DNA of 64,000 bases, taken from the NCBI GenBank assembly GCA_964016885.1, contig OZ024745.1, forward strand, positions 126,170,001-126,234,000, in the 5' to 3' direction. This DNA is from Eledone cirrhosa. Lineage: Eukaryota. A model generated the notes under the pieces. That model was given only the letters and a program-made list of their open reading frames with translations, was not told the DNA's origin and did no database searches. Within the stretch, counting starts at the first letter, position 1; every line of letters begins with the position of its first letter. Of this stretch, positions 53,513 to 64,000 are shown piece by piece. Position numbers and translations under genes: made by a program.

Positions 53513-53887
53513 ATGACCATCTTCCCGTTCAGCGGTGGCAAACCCCTTCTCTGGGATGCTACTTGCACCGACACTTTCTGCAGCCGCAACCTGGTGCAGT
53601 CTGCGACTGACCCAGGTTCTGCTGCACGTCGGGCTGAGGAGACCAAGCTCCTCAAATACCGGTCGCTCTCCGACAGGTTTGCGGTTGTATCCCTGGCAGT
53701 GGAGACTTCTGGTGTCCTCGGCCCTAGGGCTACCTCCCTACTCACCACCATAGGCGCTGAGCTGGTCAGCCGCAGGTGTGAACCCCGCGAGCTGGAGTGG
53801 CTTTTCCAGCGCGTCTTCCTTGCCGTCCTCCGGGGAAACGCCTTCTCTATCCTGTCCGCCGGGGCTGTGGGTGGCCCCATCGCGTAA
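53513..53887 (+). mobile_element. CRE-like non-LTR retrotransposon restriction-like endonuclease C-terminus (5'-truncated)
   Basis: GKPLLWDATCTDT...AARRAEETKLLKY...LAVETSGVLG...FQRVFLAVLRGNA, typical of the CRE-clade RLE domain. Open frame up to the stop. Confidence 0.8.
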
Positions 53888-54324
53888 CATTCCATATTTA
53901 GGTATCCAGATTAATGGTTATTAGGGTATTATATTAAACATTTCATACGCTTATCAAAGGAGTGCTTAATTATTGGAATATATAAACTGCTACTGCTACT
54001 GTCTCCCCTATATCTTTTATCACCTGTCACCCCAATTATTTCAGCCACTCCCATCAAAATGAGGTCGATTGCCAATCGATCGATATACTCTGAAGGAAAC
54101 AACAACGCTTTAACGAAAACAAAATAGCAGTAGTATCAAAATTCACAACAGTGTTATTTGTTTTGATACTGTATTTAGTGCATATGTTCTGGGTTTGTTA
54201 CATGAGTGCTTTGCACACCCACCAAATTTTCTTAACAGTAATTCTTTTCTCGCACTATCAAAATATAATCTGGTTGTCATTTATTTTCAAATTTTATAAA
54301 TACAGACTAAGAAACAAGAATTAA

Positions 54325-54527
54325 CCCTTTACTATTTACATTACTCTATATTTACTGTTTTCGTGGTAAAGGCTTTATCTCACATAATATAGAATATATG
54401 AGATTTTGATATTATTTATTTTGAGAACAATACCTTAACACCAGTATGAGTGGCCGGTTACGGCTGGTTTGAACAGAATAAGGTGAGAAAATTCTAGCCG
54501 GATACGACCGGTTTAAATGCCAAAGGG
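54325..54527. mobile_element. piggyBac-type MITE, uninterrupted copy
   Basis: TTAA-CCCTTT...AAAGGG-TTAA. Confidence 0.85.
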
Positions 54528-55685
54528 TTAAGCCAGGTTCAAGTCGTATTATATATAAAAATAGCTTAAATTTAAGTTTGTGTGTTTATTTTTTAACAAC
54601 ACTTGTGCAAGTGTAGTAGATTCCATATGAGAAGTACGTTCTCTGACAATAATCACCATACGCCACTAGAATATTCCAGCACCAAAGACAATGCTATATT
54701 AATGCCAACAAAGGGGCATTTACATGATCGTTCGACCTTCTAGAAACAACAACCAAATTGCCAGTAAATTAATAACTAAGACTTCAATGAATAATGGGCT
54801 CCACTGCAGAATACCGAGTCTGATACAGATTTCTAATTTAGGCACAAGACCAACAATTAAATCGACCCCAGTATTTGACTGGTACCTTATTTTATCGACT
54901 TCAGAAGGATGAAAGACAAAGTTGAAATCACTGAGATTTGAAGGTAGAGAACCCCAAACTAAATAATGGTTTCTACTTTAGGCACAAGGCCAGCAATTAT
55001 CCCAGTACATTACTGGTACTTTATTTTATCGCCCCCGTAATGATGAATAGCAAAGTTAACCTCAGCGGGATTTGAACTCAGATCGTAAAGGACCGTAACT
55101 CTATGCTTCAAAGCCTGGTGTCCGACCGTCTACCGATACTGCCAATCCACCACCCTTCAATGTATATTCAATAAAGAAAGCAAAGAAACAACAGCAAAAT
55201 ATCTTTCAAACCAAACACAATTATCTTTAAAAGAAGAAGGACAACGTAGTCACAACAGGGAAAAGTCATTTTATCTTATATAAACACACAAAAACTGTTG
55301 ACTTTACCATATATTTATCATATATTTCTTGATGTCAAAACTTTCGTCTCACTCTCTGCGCCCTGGTTACAGTGGAACTGTATCAGTGACCAGGCTGCAG
55401 AGAGTCTGACAAACATTTTTAGCTCCAGGAAATAAATGATAAATATAAAGTTAACAGCTTTTGTGTATTTTATATGGCTAAAATAACTGACACTTCCATG
55501 CAGCAATTGTTTTAGAACATGCTCTTAGATGAAAACACTAGCTTTTACACAAGTACATCTCTGAAATATAGTTACTGATATTTTAATAAAGACGAGATGG
55601 TCATGATTGGAATGCTTTCGATCATAAGCTTACTCGGTCAGGGTTCACTAATAAACATAAAAACAAGAGCAGTAGCAACAGCAAC

Positions 55686-55716
<31 letters not shown>

Positions 55717-56016
55717 ACGAGAGATGTTTGTCAGTTGACTCAAAATGAATCAATATATATATAGCATGGCGCGAAATATCGATGAAAATATAGAGGTTAG
55801 CTTTTACTAGTAATACATTACATATTCACATACGGGAAAAGGAGAGACGGAGCGTAGGAGAGGGGGTAGAAACACGTCTATTTGTCTATTCATGTCTTAT
55901 GAATTATCGAAGCGGTGGGTGATTTGAAATATGTGGGGATACCAAACATAGAAAATAACTGTAACAACAAATATTCGGTGTAAATAATAGTTTAGAAGCT
56001 AAGGTAACACACCTCG

Positions 56017-56049
<33 letters not shown>

Positions 56050-56304
56050 TGTATGTATGTATGTGCGTGTGTGTGTGTGTATGTGTGTGTGTATGTATGT
56101 GTGTATGTGTATGTATGTATGTATGTATGTGTGTATGTGTGCGCGCGCGCGCGTGTGTGTGCGTGTATTTATTTATACATATGTATGTGTGTGTGTATGT
56201 GAATGTATGCAGCTTTTACTTGCGTTTATTTGAGTAGCTTCGAAGTCCGATTCATAGTCACAAGATCCTGGTTCAATCCCACTGCTTATCAACAGCTTTG
56301 CTCG

Positions 56305-56493
56305 AAGGAAGAGCAGTAATATTTAGCGATCTATTTTATGTGGTATAAAAGTGTCTTGGGAGCTGAAGTATATCGAATGCTAATGTGAACAATTTTTTGT
56401 CGCTAAAAACTGTTGAGGAAATGGATAGAAAAAGTCAAAAATGGTCACACTATAGTCACGCATTCGGAAGGAACTTGGCGTCCAACAACGTCC
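56305..56493 (+). pseudogene. Mariner transposase N-terminal HTH fragment
   Basis: Frameshifted GAEVYRML...KWIEKVKNGHTIVTHSEGTWRPTTS matches the mariner W..KFK.G.TSV......GRPST pattern. Confidence 0.7.
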
Positions 56494-57319
56494 TGTTCAA
56501 ATTACAAAATTGAACGAGTCTATGGTATGGTGTCCTTTTAAAGACTGACTAGTGATGTACTCGCAAATGATATGCAAATATTACGAGTATTTATTAAGAA
56601 CCAGAATACACCGAAGAACTAAAAAAAACTTACTGCTTCTAGAATTATAGCCAGATTTTATTGAGGGAAGAAAATGAGAATGAATGAAAGAAAGAAGGAT
56701 CAAGCAATGAAAGAAAGGGAGAGTCACTACATGCCAGTCTGGACAGAGGTACAGCCACGCCCAGCGGAGGAAGACCAGAGACACCCGCTACAACAGCCAC
56801 CCCCACCTTACCTGGTTCCCTCCGTATTGCAAATTATTTACGGTTAAAAAAAAGAGAAGAAAGTAAATAGCCCAGACTCAGTAATGGTGATCGTAATAAC
56901 AACAACTTCATTGACATTTCAAGTTCAAAACTTTTAAGTTCAAACCTTTCTTGTAGCAAGTGACTGGATTAGGGCAAGGGAAATGATGCACGCCAAAGTT
57001 ATTTTCCCGCCAGAAGGAAACAAAATGGCAACTGAGAATAATCTTAGTACTTCGATACACATACACAAAGGTGTTAGTAGCTGGCTAACTATAGGCGGGT
57101 TGTGTCATTGAGCAAGAAATTGTTTTTCGTCGTTCCAGTTGACTCAGTAGTGTCATGCTGAATGGCCCTAAGAACTGCGTTAAGGCTGCACGTGTCTATG
57201 GAATAGTCAGCAAAATGCACGATATTTTCATGGACAGGCAGCTCCGTTGATTGAATCATCTGAAGCACTTGTCCCACCTCGGAAAAGACGAAGGTCAAGA
57301 TCATACTACAAGTGCCTGT

Positions 57320-57422
<103 letters not shown>

Positions 57423-57475
57423 TATTTCCGTAGGAAAGGTAAAGGAAAGGAGAGTGCTCTATATAAGCTACAGAG

Positions 57476-57544
57476 CTATTCTGATGAGCGATTTCAGACG
57501 TCTGTGTCGAACTTGTCTGTCTTCGTGAAACCTTTGGTTATTGG
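57476..57544 (+). ncRNA. Hammerhead-like motif in an island between (TA)n tracts
   Basis: ctatt-CTGATGA-gcga..agac..gtct..tcgt-GAAAC-c(ttt)g-GTT-attgg. Confidence 0.6.
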
Positions 57545-57580
57545 AATAATTGTCTTATGTTGTTTATTACATAACTATAT

Positions 57581-57621
<41 letters not shown>

Positions 57622-57626
<5 letters not shown>

Positions 57627-57908
57627 TGTAAACTGAGTTTTTCGAATATTAATAATAATATTCGATTCGTTTGCAATTATGCAAACAGCCTCTTTAAAGC
57701 CATGTCAGTAGAATGACACCGCCATTCTTGCTCTTGTTATGGCATGTAAACAGAACTGCAGACACTAATGTTTCTGGGTGATTACCCTTCATCAGTACAG
57801 TATACTGCTTACCTGCCAACTGCCAGAGCTAGAGAAAGAAACTGTTTGCATAATTGCAAACGAATTGAATATTATTATTAATATTAGAAAAACTCAGATT
57901 ACACTTAT
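57622..57908. repeat. Inverted repeat with about 67-bp arms between (TA)n tracts, enclosing a hammerhead
   Basis: 57622-57688 versus 57842-57908. Confidence 0.9.
57755..57801 (-). ncRNA. Complete type-I hammerhead ribozyme motif
   Basis: Minus strand: actgta-CTGATGA-a-gggt(aatc)accc-a-GAAA-cat(ta)gt-GTC-tgcagt. All three helices pair. Confidence 0.85.
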
Positions 57909-57932
57909 TGTATTCAGCCATGTAGAACGATA

Positions 57933-57972
<40 letters not shown>

Positions 57973-58142
57973 AGTCATGTTGTTATAATATTGCCAGAAA
58001 TATATAACAAAACACTCACTGTTTGGTCTGGTGTTGGTTTTCGCTTCAGTATATTTCATATTTCTATAATTAATTCAGCTGGCAATTAATGTTTATCATT
58101 GATTGACCAACAGTTAAAAATATAGATATAAATATAGTTTCT

Positions 58143-58180
58143 CAGAGATCTTTCGTCACATACCTGTGACATCATCAGTG
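58143..58180 (-). ncRNA. Hammerhead core with palindromic helix III
   Basis: Minus strand: ca-CTGATGA-t-gtcac(aggtat)gtgac-GAAA-gat-CTC-tg. Helix I is weak. Confidence 0.65.
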
Positions 58181-58193
58181 TTACTCATGCTCA

Positions 58194-58278
<85 letters not shown>

Positions 58279-58556
58279 GCGTTAGTGATAGTGGTGACGA
58301 ACGGAAGAAAGAATATTCAATACAAAGATAGGGTAAATGTTCAATATATTTGTTCAATATATTTGTTATGTAAATTTTAAGAAACCCCTGCCATTATGCC
58401 GCGTTTTTTGTTAGTAGAATGGACCTGTCATCATATTTTGGTTTACAATATTACCTTTCACCATTGAACTAATGTCGACCGAAAAGCTCTGCTAACAAGA
58501 AACTCAGGTTACATGAGCAGGGTGATGCCTGAGAAGGTCGATACTATACATTAAAA

Positions 58557-58597
58557 CCTCGAGCTGATCATCTGCGAAACACGTGTTACGTTTGAGG
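58557..58597 (+). ncRNA. Hammerhead-like motif (CUGAUCA variant)
   Basis: cctcgag-CTGATCA-tctgc-GAAAC-acgt-GTT-acgtttgagg, followed by aataaa and TA repeats. Confidence 0.5.
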
Positions 58598-58999
58598 AAG
58601 AATAAAAAATATATATAAGTTTTTCGACGATGAGCATTCAGTTGTTCGATCAACTAGATATTCAACTCATGAATTAACGAGTAAGGGGTTGAATATTCCG
58701 TACGTGTATCCATTTAGTAATTTACAAACCGAATAAGCGTGGTAAAACATGAATTGCATGTAAGCTACATCCGGTGCCATCAACCCAATTGTCTTCACAA
58801 TGCTTAGGTGACACACCCTATATACTATAAAGACATTCCCCTGAGATACCATGCGCACACATACATATTACCTATATAAATATATATACTCTGTGCTAGT
58901 GTAATGGACTTAATCGTGGCTGAGTCGTTAAAAAATTCGCTTCGTAATTACAAGGTTCGTGGTTAGAATATGCGGCGCCCTCTTTATTTTATTTTTTAT

Positions 59000-59430
59000 G
59001 TCTGGAGCAAAGAACAGTGTCCATAAACTTCAAAGTTTCTCCAAGACCGGAGATATCGATGCCGTTCCTGAGGACCGACGTTCTGGAGAAGGAAGGTCTG
59101 GAAATAGTGGTTAGTGTGATAATGAGAGAACCGATTTGAACTCAACATGGGTGATAAGAGCAAAAATGGGTGAGCTAGTTGGGAATACCTGCGTGGTGGT
59201 GGCATGTGTCTAGCAAGCTCAGGAGGGGCAGAAACCGCTGTAGTTAACGATTGAAGGAGCAGAATAAGACAGTACATCTATTGGGACTGAGGCTGGAAAG
59301 TGTTATCGAGTGACTGTATGCCGATGAGCTGAGTGGGTTTTTGCTGGATGCCAGTGTGTGTAACAACAGCACTTCCCCAGATGTGGGAGCAGTACTTCAT
59401 TGTGGGTCTCACTAGGAATTTACACTCAGT
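59000..59430 (-). mobile_element. Decayed CR1/jockey-group LINE RT C-terminus
   Basis: KFLVRPTMKYCSHIWG motif (YK..VRP.MEY.S.VW type). Confidence 0.65.
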
Positions 59431-59465
59431 TATTGCGGGGATGAGGTTCTCCCTCTCTCTCACAT

Positions 59466-59575
<110 letters not shown>

Positions 59576-59789
59576 AAGATATACATCGATGTTGCCACCC
59601 AAGCCGACTAACGTAACGCACCAGTAATATCTATTTCGATTACCACTACCAATCAATAAAAGATTTCATCAAAACACACATCCATCACCTACAGTATATA
59701 ACTACCACCAGGAAACCTTCTGGTGCCCTAAGCACCTAAAAGAACAACGGTGACCCCATATACAAAGTGTTTTTCGCCCACTTATTCCT

Positions 59790-59900
59790 AGGAGGGCCAT
59801 TGGAATGAGTCCTCAGATACACCTTCCAGAGGGTTCTATCAGAAGCAACCGCCTCTAATTGATCCGGCTGGGTCTTCCAAGACCAACTGGACTTACCTGA
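59790..59900 (-). mobile_element. RTE-clade LINE C-terminal fragment
   Basis: WSWKTQPDQLEAVASDRTLWK, similar to the end of the 14995-15280 remnant. Confidence 0.5.
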
Positions 59901-60863
59901 GGTCACCCGCCGGCTAACTTTGCCGATAAAAATACATTTCATTTGAATAAAATTGTACCCATCTTCCCTTGATGTCCTAAGCATTTGTTTAATGGTTAAT
60001 CCAGTCCGTTGCCACGAGAGAAGAATGGGGAGTTCGGGAGGGGGAGACTAGATGGCATTGCCCTCCACTCCACTATGGTGCCCTCTCAGATTTAGAAAGA
60101 TGTACGGTCATATGCTTATTCTGAAACTTTACCTTAGTATCATTGTAAATTAGTGTGTCCGCTTAGAAAGTTCTGAAGACCCACCCACCACCACCACCAC
60201 CCTCCGGAGCCTACTATCTCACCACTTTCTAGCTAACACGCTTTTGTTTTGATCCTCGTATCGATTATACTGGTTGTGTAGCAGGTTACTTAAGAATTTT
60301 GATAACAATATCCAGGATTTTGATTCAAACAAGTGGATATATATTTTTTTTTTTATTCACTTTAAATAAAGAGATTTTTTTTTATTCACTTTAAATAAAG
60401 AGATTGGAACCTATAATTTCGATAACATTATCCGTAATTATAATAAGCAGCTTTCGCTATACTATATTATTAGCTACACACTCGCACGGCTACTCTTTTA
60501 GAGAGTAAATGTTCATTTTTGAGTAAAATATACACAAATATATGCATAAATTGATCATGATTATGATTTATGACAATGGTGGTGATATGTGAAACATTAA
60601 GCTCATAAAACCGGTGGATTAGCACCGATCACAGTCAGGTGAGTTGAAACTTTTAGAAAACAAACATAACGAAACCTATTTATTATATCTACTGGCATTG
60701 AGTTATTAAATAGTAAGATGGAATGAAATAGGGTTTAGCTGGCTGCTTTTAATAATAATTTTAGAGCCACAGGGAAATTTGTTCTATCGTGAGCTAAAGA
60801 ATAGTAAATATAAGTATACTGATACTTTTTACAGCTGCTCGACAAAACAAGCTAGTATTGCGG

Positions 60864-61240
60864 TCATGAACAGATCGTGGAGACAATCGGTATTGTTTGA
60901 TAACCAACCAAATCGATCAAAGAGCGAACCTCTATGTGGTTGTTCAATTAGCTAGAAATAAGAGACAAATCTCTTTCAAATTCACAAACCAGAGAAAAAG
61001 TACTCAATATAGAAAGAAGTAGCGTTATTATACGTAATTATACATCATTGGGTTAAATCATGAACAGATCGTAGAGACAATCGGTATTGTTTGATAACCA
61101 CCCAAATCGATCAAAGAGCGAACCTCTGTGTGGTTGTTCAACTAGCTAGAAATAACAGACAATCTCTTCCAAATTCACAGACCAGAGAAAGAGTACTCAA
61201 TATAGAAAGAAGTAGCGTAATTATATATCATTGGGTTAAA
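60864..61240. repeat. Tandem duplication of a roughly 190-bp unit
   Basis: Copies at 60864-61057 and 61058-61240, both starting tcatgaacagatcgt. Confidence 0.92.
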
Positions 61241-61317
61241 TTTACTCTATTGCGACTCTTGAGTTTCGTTCAAGACTCAGACTAGAAACAGAACATAATC
61301 TTAGCATATATATGTGT

Positions 61318-61406
<89 letters not shown>

Positions 61407-62523
61407 TGTGTGTGTATATATGTGTGTATGTGAGTGTGTGTGTGTTTGTGCGTGTATGTGAGTGTGTGTGAGTATGTGTATATAAGTGTGTGTATGTGTG
61501 TGTATATATGTGTGCGTGTGTGTATGTGAGTGTTTGTGTGTATGTGTGTATGTGTGTGTGTGCGTGTATGTGAGTGTGTGTGTGTGTGTGTGTGCGTGTG
61601 TATGTGTGTGTATGTGTGTGCGTGTGTATGTGTGTGATTAAAGCGTGTGGCTTAGTGGTTAGGGTGCTCGGCTCACAGTCATAAGGCTGTGCGTTCGATT
61701 CCCGGGCGGGACGATGCGTTGTCTTTGAGTAAAGCACTTTAAATATGCAAGTTTGTAAGTACTATACACGCAGACGATATTTTTCCTCTGCTATGACGAC
61801 AGCCCCTGACTTGAAACAGCTGTAGTTCAGCAAATGAAATTGCACAAAGAACAAATGTACGAAAATAGTATTATAATACAACTTTAACATTCTTAATACT
61901 CTATCCTCGAATAAAGGACCCTTCACAACCATCTCACTTATTAATTTTTCCGATTTTTTTCACCCCTCCCCCACTCTTATCCCACCCACCCTCGCCCCCA
62001 CTTATTAAATTTTGATAATCTATCTCCGGCGAAATTTTATTTTACGTTGTAGCATTCCTGCGACAATTATATTTCTTTATATACATTAAAAAATATTATA
62101 TATGACAAGACAAAAAAGTACATTACTAGAAATCCCATGTGTTATAAAATAAATAGGATGGGTTGGGGTTTCAATATGTAAACTAAACGACTAATTCTGG
62201 TTTTAAAACAAATCCCTATTATTTAGGACCCGAGAATAATTGTTTCTACATTTGGCACAAGACCAGCAATTTGTAGAGAAGGGGAAAGTTGATTAAATCG
62301 ACTCCAGTGCGTTACTGATACTTTATTTATCGACCCCGCAAGGATAAAAGAAAAAATTCACCCCGGCGGGATTTGAACTCAGAATCTGTAGGGATGTATG
62401 ATAACATTTATTAATAAAAGACCAAAACAATAACAAAACTAACGCGCATTCAATCTCACTTTGAAATGTTTACAAACTAAATAAGCTGAATTGCAATTTA
62501 TACAATGAAGGTGTGTTTGCGTG

Positions 62524-62934
<411 letters not shown>

Positions 62935-62935
62935 T

Positions 62936-63010
62936 ACAGAGTGTCGCCCCCCAAAACGTATACACACTACAACATTCTCATAAATGTATGTGTACATTTT
63001 TTGGCGACAC

Positions 63011-63013
<3 letters not shown>
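62936..63013. mobile_element. About 80-bp Tc1/mariner-type MITE (further copies at about 63300-63342 and 63384-63477)
   Basis: TA-cagagtgtcgcc...ggcgacacctg-TA. Confidence 0.7.
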
Positions 63014-63046
<33 letters not shown>

Positions 63047-63049
<3 letters not shown>

Positions 63050-63290
63050 CAAAGAGATATTTAATTTGTTGGTTATTCAACAAATTTATTTATAACAGAT
63101 TCGAAGCACTCTACAGTTTTCTTCTGGAGTATAATATCAATGATATTAATAAATGGAAACTATCTTTATAAAACCGTATTTATTTTATTATATATATTAT
63201 AGTTAAGATTTCAAGGGTACCAAAATTTTGGTGAGCTCTCCTCATCAGATAAAATACAAAAGTTGTTTTATAAATATTGACATATGCAAA
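63047..63290 (-). mobile_element. Second copy of the 23.6-kb hammerhead-bearing element (hammerhead at 63181-63256)
   Basis: Reverse complement aligns to about 23590-23812. Minus strand reads tattttat-CTGATGA-...ggtaccctt-GAAA-...ata-ataaaata. Confidence 0.8.
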
Positions 63291-63350
63291 AAACAAGAAC
63301 TTATTCTCATAAATGTATGTCTACATTTTTTGGCGACACCTGTATATATG

Positions 63351-63387
<37 letters not shown>

Positions 63388-63497
63388 GGTGCCCCCCCCC
63401 CCCCGCAAAAAACCCACAAATGTATACACACTACAACATTCTTATAAACGTATGTATAGATTTTTGGGCGACACCTATATGTATGTATGTATGTATG

Positions 63498-63557
<60 letters not shown>

Positions 63558-64000
63558 TATGTGCATGTGTTTTTCTATAAAGGCAAATTTCTTTGCATAA
63601 TGTTTGTCTAACGTATGTAGTTTGATATTAGTTTTAAAAGCATTTTTTTTTTAGCTGTAGAGCACATTAAAGTTGTCCAAACAACAAGTGTTTTTAAAAA
63701 TGTAGTAGTTTCTTAACTTAACCAAACAATTGATTGAGTTCGTTCGATTAGTGTGACTAAATCGCCGAAATATAAAGTTAGTTGTATGCCTATTTATCTT
63801 TCTCAGACATTCAACAATATGGTCGGTGTATACGCAAATATACATATTAGATACTAACTATACAGTAGCTAACTAAGCTAGGGTAGACACAGTCAACGAA
63901 GACAAACACCACCACCACTATATTCTTCTCTCTATCTAGCTGTCTATCTAACTACACAGAAAGATATCTAACTACACGTGTGTATATGAAAAATTCGGTA

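Overview
AT-rich, microsatellite-dense eukaryotic DNA. The repeat repertoire looks molluscan, probably cephalopod (inference). Only one convincing host gene is present: a single-coding-exon class A GPCR (10287-11231, minus strand) whose canonical activation motifs are almost all replaced. The rest is repeats. These include about 40 copies of one tRNA-derived SINE family (nearly all on the minus strand), other SINEs, 3' remnants of CR1, RTE, R4/Dong-like and CRE-like LINEs, piggyBac, Tc1/pogo and hAT MITEs, a mariner fragment and several minisatellites. The most striking unexplained signal is a set of more than a dozen short, mutually dissimilar islands embedded in or next to (TA)n tracts. They carry minimal type-I hammerhead ribozyme motifs (CUGANGA...GAAA-palindromic loop-NUH) and are often folded into long inverted repeats. 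This is best interpreted as a diverse population of Penelope-like element (PLE) terminal-repeat or retrozyme remnants that target TA repeats. Three dissimilar islands share a non-canonical CUGAUCA core. All coordinates were read by eye and may be off by a few bases.
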